This document shows positions 1 through 14,043 of a stretch of 64,000 nt of DNA, piece by piece. The notes beneath the pieces are model-generated. The model was not told the origin of the DNA and searched no databases. It saw nothing but the letters and a program-made list of their open reading frames with translations. The stretch's first letter is position 1; every line of letters starts with the position of its first letter. This DNA comes from Eledone cirrhosa (Eukaryota): the NCBI GenBank assembly GCA_964016885.1, contig OZ024742.1, forward strand, positions 99,820,001-99,884,000. The letters are read 5' to 3'. The position numbers and the translations under genes were made by a program.

Positions 1-181
1 TTTAGCAAGATTCTTTATCTGAAAACGTGTGTTGGAACCGATATTGTTATGCTTTGGGAGGGTCATGTTGCCAATAAGAAATACGCACACCAGTTGCTTT
101 CACTCCAATTTATTATAAATTAAATTTATAATTTTAAGAATTTATAAATTTCCGGTTGGTTGGTTCCACAACCAGATGATT

Positions 182-224
182 GTCAAAGTCCTTTCGTCAC
201 ACATTCTGTGACCTCTTCAGTGAC
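182..224 (-). ncRNA. Minimal type I hammerhead ribozyme (PLE pLTR)
   Basis: Minus strand: GTCA-CTGAAGA-G-GTCACA-GAATG-TGTGAC-GAAA-GGAC-TT-TGAC (stem I GTCA/TGAC, 6-bp stem II, minimal stem III). Confidence 0.8.
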
Positions 225-423
225 TGGGGATTATTTTCATTGTTTTTGTGCCTCTCCTTTGTTCTGTCCTACGCCATCTTCTTTGTGTGTGTGTGTTGTG
301 TGCATAGTTTGTGCATGTGTTACATCCGGGTGTCTGTGTGTGTTTATATTTGTTTATTTATTTGTTTATTTACATGTTACTGGTTGGTTGTTTGTTCTAT
401 GTGTGTGTGTTTTCATTTTGTCC

Positions 424-2226
424 TTAATTGAATGTTGTGATGTTGCTATTCCATTCATGTTTTCTATTTAATTTTGATTGGAGTTCATTTATGTTTATTG
501 CCTATGTGATTTGTCTAAACATTGCGTCTTTTCTGTGTATAGATTCTATTTTTATTTCTATGTTCTCTAGTTTACCCTTATGTTCTATTTTAGCATGTTG
601 GTGGAGTACAGATGATTCTTTACTATCTTGAAGCTCTCGCCAGTGTTCATTTATCCGTTCTCCTATACTACGAGCTGTCTCACCTATGTACACTATATTC
701 TTATCTCTACATTGTCCTTCAGTACATCTTATGCTATATACTACATCTCTAGTTTTACAGTTAATATGGGGGCTTAGTTTACAGATTATACATTTCTTAT
801 CTATACAGGGAGGTCTTTGAAAAGGGTATGTATTGCTAATAAGTGTTTTTTTGGAGGTACCTGGTCTTTCTACTATCTTAATATTGAGTTTATGTTTATC
901 TAGGGCCCTTCTAAATTTGTAAGCTAATTTACCTCTAGGGGTTGTATTGATGAACATTACACTCTGGTATTTATTGCTATCATACCATGAGTTTATTCTC
1001 TTAACCTTATTCCTAGTTCTTTCTATTCTATTCCAAAATGTACTCCTATACAAGGGGCAGGTCCCATTTGTATCATTATTTACCATTTTTTCCCATTTGG
1101 TTCTGGCTCCTCTAAATACTCTGATTTTATCTCTCTGATTGTACCCAGAGAACTGCATACGGTGGATGAAGTGTTGTATGTGTGTCTCTAGTTCTTTGGG
1201 GTTGCACATGTGGGACACGTTTCTCATCACCCGTACCAAATCGGCAATCAGAATGTTGATTTTGGTGTGGTCCGAAACAGCTGAGTTTCGGTGGATCAGA
1301 TATTTGGAAGTCATGGGTTTGGCATAATGGGAATGTAGGATTTGTTTTATGTTATTAATGATTTCTAACCAGAGCTCTGTGTCTAGTACAGGTAATCGAT
1401 GGTTGGTGTGTTTGCTTGGGTAGTCTATAGTAATTCTAATACTCTGGTGGATGGAGTCAGCTATTTGCTGGATGCTTTCTATGATGTTTTTCTCTAATCC
1501 CTGACTGTTCTCTAGTGGGGGTGTTTTTACTACGATGTTTATATCATCAACGTAGTGGGAGTACATTATCAGGGTTAAGAGGCTGCTGTCTTCTAACTGT
1601 TATTTAAGTTTAAGTTTAAGTATATTGTCCCACCATACCATGAATAGGTTAGCTATGTCACCTGCAATGCTAACACCAATGGCTGCTCCCTCCTCTTGGG
1701 CATATGTTTTTCCATTAAATTTGAACATATGTTCCTTAAGGGTTAATTTTATACTGGCCCTCACCGCATGTGCAATCATTTTCTTTAGTTCATCGTGGTT
1801 TTCTGGGCTTCGTATGGCTCTGGTCCACCCGTTCCATCTATCTGTGTGGGTTTTCTTGGCTATTGAGGTAATGGTAGGTGGTCTGCCTCTTGCTGGTTTT
1901 GTAGGGCACATGTTGCTAAGGTCATGTGTATCTAGATAATCATTACTATAGGTAAGTTTAAGTCCCAGCTCACTGGTATCAATCCCACGGAAATCAACAT
2001 TGCTGATCATTTCTACGCATTTCTCCACAGCAAAATCCACGTCAATGGATGGATATAGGGACACAACATCCATACTACCTATTATGCAGTTTGTTAGGTC
2101 CCTAGATCGGTTACTTTCGCTGATTCTGCTGAGGAGGTCCTCCGTGCTGTCACATATATCTGGGGACATTTCAATGATGGGGCGTATGATCAGGGAGAGG
2201 AAGTAGGAAAGTCTGTAGTTACTAGC
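424..2226 (-). pseudogene. PLE RT-GIY-YIG polyprotein disrupted by two in-frame stops
   Basis: ORFs 1600..2289 and 502..1566 are in the same frame, separated by TAA (1600-1602). TAG at 502-504 replaces E in RQIT(E)AINI..LNRKHEW. The true stop is at about 424. Confidence 0.88.
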
Positions 2227-2487
2227 AATGTATATATGCTTGTGTAGTGTATCTGTATGTGCTTGAGTATGTACGAATGGATGTTGCATAAGTGCAAGTC
2301 ATTCTGTTTATACGGCTTATTTGTTAAATGTACACAAATATATGCCATCATAACGCATTCGCCTGGATAAACGTAGACACGTGCAAAAGATAGCAGAATG
2401 TAATTACAATTTCAAAGTAAACATAACGATTGAAGTATGTATACCGAAGAGCTTCACATATTTCTATAGCAATAAAAGTGTGTGTGC

Positions 2488-2566
<79 letters not shown>

Positions 2567-2829
2567 ACTATATGTCTGTGTGTGTACGTAAATTATATGT
2601 ATATAAATATAGAGGTACACACACACGTACATAAATTATATATATCATAAATATTATATATTTATATATATATATTGTATATATATATATATTTATATAT
2701 AAATATATACATATATATATATACATATATACATATATACATATATATATACATATATATATACATATATATATACATATATATATAAATATATATATAT
2801 ATATATTTTTATATATATATACATATATT

Positions 2830-2889
<60 letters not shown>

Positions 2890-3150
2890 AGATGGTTTAT
2901 TCATCTGTATATGTCAATATGTGTGTAAGTATGTATCTGAAATGTGTTCATGCATAAACAGAAGGCTGTTGATAACAGTATATCTAAATGTCTATCTAAA
3001 CCCATATTTAATATCAACCAATAGAATGCGATATTTCATACCAAGTTTGATAATTCGCTGGGAAATGCATGGTTCAGTAGCTTAAATCAACAAAATTAGA
3101 GATTGCTGTAAATACCTTTATTACTCAGCTGATGCTACGTGGATATATGT

Positions 3151-3185
<35 letters not shown>

Positions 3186-3204
3186 CATATATACATTTTT
3201 ATAC

Positions 3205-3259
<55 letters not shown>

Positions 3260-3274
3260 TCATATTATACCTAA

Positions 3275-3346
<72 letters not shown>

Positions 3347-4328
3347 TATTCGTAAACTGTGTTACGAGGATGTTTCATAAATATATATATGTTTTAGCCT
3401 CGCCGTGAAATTGACACTGCTTTTAAGAATCAAGTCTTTCACCAGCCAGGAAGACTGATAAGCTCGGCTATTTTCGATTTTCATTAAAGCCTCTTTAGGA
3501 TTAACTTACTTTCTGCTAATTTCTAAAGGAATGTAGCGATAATACATAAATAAGATGGAATGACCACGAAAGCAGACGTGACCAATTGTACCTATCTTTG
3601 AAAAGTTATTAGCCTATTTAATGGAGTATAGAAATAATATATTTTTCATTAAATTTGTAAACTGAGTTAGAACATAATGTTTAATTACACACATATTTGG
3701 AGGAAAACTATATGCTATGATATCCAGGTAAAGAATTCTTACAATTGAGACTATATCAGTTGTCACTTGACATATTCAGTAGAACGGCAGTTGCTTTACA
3801 TCACTTAGCTGAGTAGCGTTTACATATTGAATTGAATCCTCATCAATATCAATTTGCAGATCATCTCCACTAACTCAATAAACTAACAGTCAGACCATGG
3901 CGCTGATTCAATCAAACTTACAACTCCTCTCCACGCAAATATTGCGATTATATGGAAATCCATAGTATACCAATAGTTACACACCTATTTGTATAATGTT
4001 GTTGTGATTTGTAAATATGTTAACTTCTACATGAACTATTGACTTTCAACATCTAATGAGCCTACAATTAGAATTAGGCGAAAATATTCGTTGATCTCTG
4101 AGAGGAAAACTATTTAAGAAACGTTAAGACAACCACGTGACTACGTTCAACTGAATCGATAAGAAGAATGCCATAAGTAACACCTCAAGTAAGATCCGGA
4201 TTGAATGTGTTACAGAATAACACATAATCACACTGCAAATCACCCAAGGCAGGTTTCTTCTAAGGTTGGGTGAGTAAAATTAGGTAGACGGAAACTGTGT
4301 GGAATCCTTATATATAATATATTTATAT

Positions 4329-4778
<450 letters not shown>

Positions 4779-5014
4779 GTGTATTTCTGTGTCTCTGTGT
4801 GTTTTGGTTCACAACCATGAGATTGTTAGCTCGATTCCCGGAACGATGGGTGCGTTTTGACCTTGAGCAACATACTTTATTTCATGTTGCTCCATTTTAC
4901 TCAGTTGCAGAAACATGAATGTATTTATGTATGTATGAATGAACGTATATATAAATGAATGCATGTGTGTGTGTGTAGGTATGTATGTATGCATGCAAGT
5001 ATGTATGTATGTAT

Positions 5015-5545
5015 GTTCTTCTGGTTTCATAATTTCACAAAGTTTTACCAATAGAGAGAGAGTCGGTTTCTAACATAGACATAAGACTCTCTCATTGGAA
5101 TTTACACAACATCAACTAGGTAGATATGTATGTATGCATGCATGTGTAGATATGGTTGTTATTGTATGTATGGATGTGTATGTTTTGAGTTGTATGTGTG
5201 CATGTATATATGCTTTGTATCTGTACATGTGTATATGCAGTTATTAGATGCAAAATGTTTGGAATGTTTTACATATTTTTACTGATCCATTAATGGATTG
5301 TACTTGTAATTTCCTAACTAGTTGTGTTCTTTCTGTTCCTGTGAAGCCTAGCTTCTCAAGATTTGTAATGAGGCAGTTACTAACATATCCCAGTGCCCCA
5401 ATAATCACAGGCATAAATCTGAAGGTGTAATCAGGGTGGAGTATCTGCACATTTCTCATCAGTTCTGCATAAATATTCTCCTTTTCACTAATCTTTGATA
5501 TTATATTGGCATCTAATTGGTAGCTAATTTCCATTACTGTGCATG
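5015..5545 (-). mobile_element. R4/Dong-clade non-LTR retrotransposon, short 3' fragment
   Basis: Restriction-like endonuclease end (EIS..DANIISKISEKENIYAEL..PVIIGALG) plus a 3' UTR nearly identical to 6785-7310; abuts (TATG)n. Confidence 0.85.
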
Positions 5546-5968
5546 CTTATGTATGTGTGTGTATGTCAATGTGTTCGTTTCTGCATTTACATTCACGGTT
5601 TGTCTAGGTTCCTAAAATTTTCGGTTCCACAAAAATGGGATCGATAAATTATGCATGCTAAGGGTCGATATGATCTACAAAATTCCTTTAAAGCGATAAC
5701 ACGGTATGACCATAGTCTAACCACTGAAACCTGTAAAAGAGTAAAAGTGTAACACAGGTGAATGTGTGGAACAGTCCATTGTACTGAAATGAATATAATG
5801 GAGTTGTCTTGTAATTTACACATACACACAGGCGCGCACACACATTTGTACACTCAACACACTCATACATGTTCATAATCACACATAAATCATACACCTA
5901 TGACATACTCACACACAGTAACCCCACATACTCATACCACATACACACACACGCACACACACGCACAC

Positions 5969-6027
<59 letters not shown>

Positions 6028-6784
6028 CACACACATAAACACAACGCCAAACACAACACACGAAATACAAGCACACATAGATGCTCACAGTAAACACACA
6101 TACAACATAATGTGACACACACTTATAATGCACTCACAATAAACCCTTACTCAGAAAACACGCACAATACCAACCCACATTTAGAGCACAAACCCCACAT
6201 ACACACATACTGTGCACTGACAGCAAACATACACATACACACACGACACATAATGTGTTCACAACAAATACACACACAAATAGAGTATAAACCCGACGTA
6301 CACACTCACAATGCACTCACGGCAAACACGCATACACACAAACATACAATACCAACACACACAGAATATAATCGTCAGTTACCCATACGATTCACTCGCA
6401 GCAAACACAAGCACACAACAAACTCACACAAACATAAACGCACACATACACACAAACACACATTACATACACAAACACACACACACAATCAATACCAACA
6501 TACACATATAGCACAAATGCCACTCACAAATACAATACACTGAGGCAAACACACAGCGCTACACACCAAATCATAAATGTAGCCAAAACATGCTCTATTT
6601 TGGCATGACCAAGGGTGCTCTCTAATGCATTAATACATCTATTAAAAGCTGAGAGAGGAAATAATTATTCAACGTTTTGTTTTAATTAGAAACTGTTGCG
6701 TAAGCGAATCTTTTCCAATTATATTTAAATAAAATATATTCGAATGTAGTCAGTGATATGTATGTTAGCTTGTATATATGTATG

Positions 6785-8457
6785 TTCTTCTGGTTTTATA
6801 ATTTCACAAAGTTTTACCAATAGAGAGAGAGTCGGTTTCTAACATAGACACAAGACTCTCTCATTGGAATTCACACATCAACTAGGTAGATATGTATGTA
6901 TGCATGCATGTGTAGATATGGATGTTATTGTATGTGTGGATGTGGATGTTTTGTGTTGTATGTGTGCATGTGTATATGCTTTGCATCTGTACATGTGTGT
7001 ATGCAGTTATTAGATGCAACATTTCTGGAATGTTTTACATATTTTTCCTGTTCCGTTAATTGATTGTATTTGTAATTTCCTAACTAGTTGTGTTCTTTCT
7101 GTTCCTGTGAAGCCTAGCTTCTCAAGATTTGTATTGAGGCAGTTACTAACATACCCCAGTACCCCAATAATCACAGGCATAAATCTGAAGGTGTAATCAG
7201 GGTGGAGTATCTGCAGATTTCTCAACAGTTCTGCATAAATATTCTCCTTTTCACTAATCTTTGATATTATATTGGCATCTGCTGGCCTGCTAATTTCCAC
7301 TACTCTGCATGTTTTTCTTCTCCCTGTCCCATATCATAATATCTGGTCTGTTATGCCTGCATTTTATTGGGGTTTTTACTGAAACGTTCCACCAGTACTC
7401 TTTCATATTATGTAGATGATGTCTTCCACATTGCTGTAGCTTTTAATGTGTTTATTATCGGGGCTATCTTTTTTACGAACTGCATTGTACAGTGTTTTGG
7501 CCACTACATCATGCCTCATAGGTAGATAGTACCGCGATGACATCTTTGGACAGCTGCTGATGACATGAGTGATATCCTCGATGTTAGTTCTGCAGAGTCT
7601 GCACGTGTTATCACATCTAGGTGTTTTGCCTGCATCCCTATCTCTTTTGTGAATCAGGTATTTCGTATTAATCTCCTGTTCTTGGATTGCAAAAGCGTAT
7701 CCTTCAAAGTGGGAACCAATATAGCGGTTGTTGGTGCAAGATAGACTACTTTCCTTATCTATATTACTCTCACTCTGGAGCTTCCTGGCAACATATCAAT
7801 GCATGATTTTTTGCTGATAAGCATGCAGTTTTTCATCCATGGATTTACTGCGATACTGCTGAGCGACATCCCTTGGATTGAGTTTTTGATTATCACACAG
7901 GGAATATCTCTCGAGGAGTTCCTTCCCAACTCTCATGATCTTATTTGTTTCATGCAGATAGACTTGCTCGAGAAACGGGTTCGTACGCTTCGAGGTTCAT
8001 AGATGTTGTCGGAGAGATATGATGCGACATTCAAATGTTGTCTGGACTGATGTTAGGCCTCTGCCTCCCTGCTTACGTTTCAATTAAAGGCGGTCTATGT
8101 CACTGTTGATGTGGAAGTTTCCGGTGTTGTTTAGTATTTTTCGAGTTCCAACATCAACTGCTCAGATTTCGTCTATCGTGCAATTGAGTATTCCAAACGT
8201 TGGTGTTAGGACAGGCACAGCAAACACATTGTGAGCCACTGTTTTGTTTTGCGCAGAGAGTTCCGATGACCAGATCTTTCTTAATCGGGTGTAGTATTCC
8301 CTGGTTACGCGTTCTTTATTACAGATACCATTATAGGATATGTTCTCATCTATCCCCAGGTATCGGTAGCAGTCCTCGTCAGATATCGGTGAAACAGTTA
8401 GGCTATTGATGAAAATGTTGCTAGATTGGGTTGTTGTTTTTCCCCGCTTTACAGTCA
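6785..8457 (-). mobile_element. R4/Dong-clade non-LTR retrotransposon, 5'-truncated and frameshifted
   Basis: YRYLGIDEN, KIWSSELSAQNKTVAHNVFAVPVL, RKQGGRGL, CRLC..EDITHVISSCPKM..RHD zinc knuckle, RPDIMIWD..EIS endonuclease; both ends lie in TATG repeats. Confidence 0.9.
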
Positions 8458-8551
8458 TGTATGAGCATTTATGTTTGTATGTATGTATGGATGGATGGGT
8501 GAATGGATGGATATAAGTATGTATAAACGTATGTATGTACGTACGTAGGTC

Positions 8552-8599
<48 letters not shown>

Positions 8600-9074
8600 T
8601 AAATACAAACTCACAAACACACTCATAGACATCCACACACATATATAAATTAATACAGGAATATTTGTATAAATATTCATATATACGCACATACATATGT
8701 GTGTGTGTGTGTGTGCATAATCACACAGTCTTTTGTTCAGAAATACAAACAGTCGTAAAATATTTCTAGGTCAGAATTGAATTTCTATTGTTTCCTTTGT
8801 TTATACAAGGTATCATTGTTTTCGGTGAATTATACAAGTTTTAGTTTAAAGGCGATGTTGTCATAACATCGCCTTTTAAAATGTGTTTATACGTTAGCAT
8901 ACGTTAACATATGATATATTAACATGTATTAGCTATTATGCCTCGTCCAGATAAACGCCTCATAATATTCGGCATGGCTTGGTAAAATTTGCTGAATCCG
9001 CGTCTGTTATCAGTCTTTCAGTTGTAAAGCATAAGTCAAATTTTCAAACCTATTTTATCAAAGTTACTAGAGCG

Positions 9075-9490
9075 ATGGATTGGCAGTTTCGGTATAGGGT
9101 CGCACACCATGCTTTGCAGCATAGAGTTACGCCCCTTAGCCATCTGAGTTCAAATAACGCCGAGGTTAATTTTGCTATTCATCCTTACGGGTTGATAAAA
9201 TAAAGCACTAGTAACGTACTGGGCTCAATTTAATCGACTCCCCCCCCCCAAAAAAAAAATTACTGGCCTCGTGCCTATACTAGAAATCATTATATTAAAG
9301 TTATGAACTGGCAGTATCGGTAGAGGTGAGACACCATGCTTTGCAGCATAGTGTTACACCCCTTTGCGGTCTGACTTCAAACCCCGCTGAGGTTAACTTT
9401 GCCTTTCATCCTTACGGGGTCAATAAAATAAAGCACCAGTAATGTACTTGGGTAGTTACAGGCCTTGTGCCCAAAGTAGAAACAATTATA
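9075..9490 (+). mobile_element. Two tandem tRNA-derived SINE copies
   Basis: TGGCAG..GGTAGAG head, GAGTTCAAA B-box-like motif, TTTGCCTTTCATCCTTACGGGGTC(G)ATAAAATAAAG core, GGCCTTGTGCC..TAGAAAC tail. Confidence 0.85.
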
Positions 9491-10998
9491 TTAAAGTTTC
9501 TGTGGTGTAACATGGCTGTTAATCTGGAAAAGGGATATATAGTATGTGTTTGTGTATGTATGTGTGTACGTGTGTGCATGTGTGAGAACGAGAGCGGCTT
9601 TGAGAGTGGTGTCGGTGAGATTGTGTTGATGATAATGGTGGTGATGGTGAACGTAATGATAGTGATGTACTGGAGATGGTGCTCGTTGTGGAGTTGTTGG
9701 TAGTGGCAGTTGGGCTGGTGGTAGCAATGGTGGTAATGATCACATTGTGGAAAGTGTGTGTGTATATGTATGTAAAGATGAGAGCATGCGCGTGAGAATT
9801 GGTTAAATTATATATATAAAAGGTGGGTGAGTGTATAACTTATAAATAGTTTTAAATGACATTGATCTTTATTTCTTAATGGTTGTTTCTAATTTAGGAA
9901 TGGAATTTCCACGGAAACACCTAGAATTGCTAAATGAGAGTAACAGTAAGGCTTGTGATGCTGTGTCTCTCTGCCACTCTAACGCCTTGCCAATTCATAC
10001 AAGCACACCTCTATTGTGATTTATTCTCAGTTATATCTCACACAGTCTCCATTCTTTCTGTACATCAATGAACTCTTTTGATACAAACGAACTAAATATC
10101 ACCCTAATTATTCAGTGTAAGTCTATTTGTATTACAGTGTTTATATTTATCTAATAATCAGACTTTTATGCAAGAATGTTTTTTAAATTATATTCCAAAC
10201 ACCAGCTTAATAATCAGAATTTTGCATTATTGCAAACTTCTGATTGTTTTTTTAATGATTAGCAAATCATAGGCAATATCTTTTATCAGAAATGTGGAAA
10301 TGAAAGGGTTTACAGTCGAAACATACTCCAATGCAGGAAACATTACTCATTAATATTCAAACTTGAGAATTAACCGAAACAAATGACCAAGATTCCAAAA
10401 TGATATGATTCTCTTCTGGAAATATATCATTATAAAAGGCAACGAAAACGGTTGATTGTTAAAATCGTTCTTGAATAAAATATGATACCGTATTTTTGGT
10501 GACAGGAGACTGGATTTGAACTCAACACGCACAGGACTTGAGCGGATACAGCAATCCACCACCACTGGATTGGTACTTTATTTTATCAACCCCGAAAGTG
10601 GGAAAAGCAATGTTTACCTCAGCAGGATTTGAACTCGCAGCGCAAATGATGGATCAATTATCGAGGCATTTAATCTTACTCTCAGCCAATTCCTTTCCTT
10701 TCTTGATCCCAGTAGAATACAGTTTGTTTTATAGTGCAAGTTAATACCTTAATGGGTAAGATATTCGACTCATGACCTTCCGACCATAAGTAGGTGTGCG
10801 TATGGTTTGTTGTCCTTCTACATTATAACATGTTGCTCCAGTCGACTCAACTGGAAAACAAAATGTGCTGTAGCTGCATTTCAACAGTCCAGCCTTGTAA
10901 TATCGTTTGTCAAGCTGAATCTTCCTGAGTATTTCCCGTTAAGGGAATATACGTTTCACGTGTACCTAGTCACGTAAATTTGAAGGTCGGACTGTTCT

Positions 10999-11065
10999 AT
11001 TGATCAAGCTTCTAAAACACTCGACGTCGGGGCAGACAAAGATCCCCAAAATAGTATTTGTATTT

Positions 11066-11117
<52 letters not shown>

Positions 11118-11565
11118 GCTTCACTGTGACACTGGTCATGTTAACACCAAGATTGATCTGTTTATTTCACATCTCAACAATAGTTTTGAGAAAAGCCAGA
11201 ACAAGCATATTCCAATACACAGTAGGTGGCGATTAACTTGTTGTCATAGCGAGCTAGAATTAAAATAAAATCTTCGAGGATTGCGATAAGCGTATTAACA
11301 TATGCATAGACATAGAAAACACATGAATAGACAGAGGCACATTCAAATACAAACTCATGCATACATAATAACCTACTTACGTAATATGCACGTACATATA
11401 AATGTATATATACATTTAAATATGCACATATAAACCTACATATATATATATATATACGAATATATATAAATATGTCTAAATATATATTGTTACTAAGACA
11501 AAACCTATATATTTGCTAGCATTGATATGTATCTGTATGTATATATATGTTACTAGATATTAATT

Positions 11566-11605
<40 letters not shown>

Positions 11606-11680
11606 AGGTGTAAATACAAATACTATTTTGGGGATCTTTGTCTGCCCCGACGTCGAGTGTTTTAGAAGCTTGATCAATAT
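10999..11680. repeat. Inverted repeat pair of about 70 bp (10999-11069 / 11608-11679), each facing a (TA)n run
   Basis: ATTGATCAAGCTTCTAAAACACTCGACGTCGGGGCAGACAAAGATCCCCAAAATAGTATTTGTATTTACAC and its exact reverse complement. Confidence 0.9.
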
Positions 11681-11835
11681 ATATATATATTTTTAGTTTA
11701 TGTTGGTTGTATACCAACACCTCAGTATGCAGGCTGGAGCACTCGACGAAGTGCGCAGGTTGGTTTGGTTACTCCGGAGTAGTGTAAAATAAAGTTAAAT
11801 AAAAGTCAAATGATTAAAATTTAGCTTCGTTTATT

Positions 11836-11892
11836 ACTGCTATATATATATTTCAGTGACAGCCATCTTTGGCTGTGACCTCTTCAGGCAGT
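11836..11892 (-). ncRNA. Type I hammerhead ribozyme (left arm)
   Basis: Reverse complement of the 12037-12091 motif with one extra TA in loop III. Confidence 0.88.
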
Positions 11893-12036
11893 TTGAATTA
11901 GTATGGTATAGACAAGAACATATGACTCCAGTTCCTCAGTGAAATAACAACCCAAGAAGGAACTGGGCATATCAGAGTATTGACAATATTACACACCTCA
12001 ACAACATATGTACTTGTCTATACCATACTAATTCAA

Positions 12037-12091
12037 ACTGCCTGAAGAGGTCACAGCCAAAGATGGCTGTCACTGAAATATATATAGCAGT
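12037..12091 (+). ncRNA. Type I hammerhead ribozyme (right arm)
   Basis: ACTGC-CTGAAGA-GGTCACAGCCA-AAGA-TGGCTGTCACT-GAAA-TATATA-TA-GCAGT. Confidence 0.88.
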
Positions 12092-12240
12092 AATAAACGA
12101 AGCTAAATTTTAATCATTTGACTTTTATTTAACTTTATTTTATATATATATATATAAATTAATATATATATATATAAACATAATTATCAATATATGAGCC
12201 TGTACAAGTACACAATATCATAAATATATCCGTATAAGTA

Positions 12241-12273
<33 letters not shown>

Positions 12274-12313
12274 ACCTCTCTCTCTCTTTACATATATATA
12301 TATATCAGGCGTG

Positions 12314-12383
<70 letters not shown>

Positions 12384-12869
12384 GCGTGTATATGTGTATA
12401 TATATATATATGCAAATACATGAACTCACACTCACATATATATTGGGATATGTACACACACACACATATATGCATATATGAATATATATATATACTTATG
12501 TGCGTGGGTATGTGTGATGTGAATGTATGTGTGTGTTGCATGTGTACATGTATGTATGTGTGAGGTATGTATGTGTGTCTGTGTGTGTTTGAGCCAGCCT
12601 GAGTCTATGTTGAAGACATTTGCCCAAGATGCCACTTGGTGGAATTAGACCCGGGAACTCATAATTGTGAACGATCTGCTTTACCCTTGAGCCATAGATG
12701 GCAAGTGGAGCGAATATATAGTGTCTATCTCATGTGTCACACAAGTGTTCGTTATTATTCCCTCAAAACTGTCATGTGAACATTGCCATGAATAAAAGTG
12801 GAATTTTAATTATTGTCCTACAATTAATATCTCCAGAAACCTCGTTGTGTTTGTTTAATATAGTTATTA

Positions 12870-13485
12870 CTAGCTGGTCCTTTGCCGTAAAAAATGACGG
12901 CTGATTGTAATATCTATACATAATATAAAAAAAGAGATATTATTTAGTTGGTTGTCTTGTTGGTTCCTTCGCGCTCACTCACACAAATGATACAAACATA
13001 CAAACACAGCTGTTACGAATCTTAGAACGCTGGACTTCTATAGTTTCTCACCACCTCCTCCTTCCTCTGTCAGTACATAGATGTGTGTGTATGTAATAAT
13101 TTCTGCTAAGTTTGTCTATTTATATAAGGATGTAGATGCGTGTGTATATTTCTAAATAAAGACACACAAACACATATACACTCACACAAATACTATATAT
13201 AAATATAATTTACACAAACACACATATACACCACCCAAACACTCACATAATCGTAACAGCCAATGTGTGTAGCCAATTCGCGTTACATATCGACATAAAG
13301 GTGTAGCGAATGTTAAATGCTGCTTCTGTAGTTTGTCATCACCCTTCTTCTTTAGTCACCGTCATCACTCCTTTCTTTCTCAGTTGACGTAATCACCCCT
13401 TCCTTCCTCAGTCGACGTAATCACCCATTTCTTCCGCTGTAATTTCTTGTATGTTACGGACAAATACACAAGACTATTATATGAG
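12870..13485 (-). mobile_element. Non-autonomous Helitron-like element
   Basis: Minus-strand 3' end GCCGTCA-TTTT-TTACGGC hairpin followed by ..CTAG|T at 12870; 5' end is approximate. Confidence 0.5.
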
Positions 13486-13934
13486 TACATTGTTGCTATT
13501 GTTGGGAAGATAGAAATAGAATGGGGAAGTGAGAAAGAGAGATAGTGTAAGTTTGTCAGTCGTACTTTATTTGGCGGGATTTGATCTCAAAGCGTAATGA
13601 CGTAGAGTGAATACAACAAAGCATTCTAGCCGACGTTCTAATTCAGCAAATTGGCGCATATGTACGTGTGTTTTTTGTTGCTGTAGCTGTTGTTGTGATG
13701 ACCGTTTGTGTCAACTACTTTCTTGAAATATTAGTGTTACAATATCAGCATTGATGGACATCAGACTATGGAATAAAACATAAAAGTGATCTAAAGGATC
13801 AGGCTTGGGCGGAAGTTGTTCTTACAAGTTAAGAATGTTACATCAACTGGAAATCATACATATTCTGAGACTGCAAAAAGTGAAAGAAAGGGAAAGAGAG
13901 ACATGAGGTAGATAAGAAGAAGGATAGCTAGAGG

Positions 13935-14043
<109 letters not shown>

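Larger units (their letters stand above)
40..2226 (-). mobile_element. 5'-truncated Penelope-like retroelement (Naiad-like): RT + C-terminal GIY-YIG endonuclease + 3' pLTR with hammerhead
   Basis: RT motifs GSMDVVSLYPSI, QEEGAAIG, YVDD and LPVLDTELW; Cys-rich linker with VVY..YIGETAR..R..EH GIY-YIG; 3' UTR (AAGATGGCGTAGG.., ATGACCCTCCC(C)AA(A)GYATAACAATAT) shared with the 48.2-49.0 kb copy. Clade assignment is from recalled motifs. Confidence 0.92.
11693..12142. mobile_element. Fold-back PLE terminus: inverted arms of about 140 bp, each with a hammerhead, in (TA)n
   Basis: Arms at 11785-11924 and 12005-12142 with an 80-bp spacer; the minus arm has an extra tail at 11693-11784. Confidence 0.85.

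Noticed and set aside
424-1602. Selenocysteine or readthrough recoding in the Naiad-like ORF
   Set aside because: The interrupting stops are TAA and TAG, not TGA, and the linker cysteines are ordinary Cys codons; these are simple nonsense mutations.
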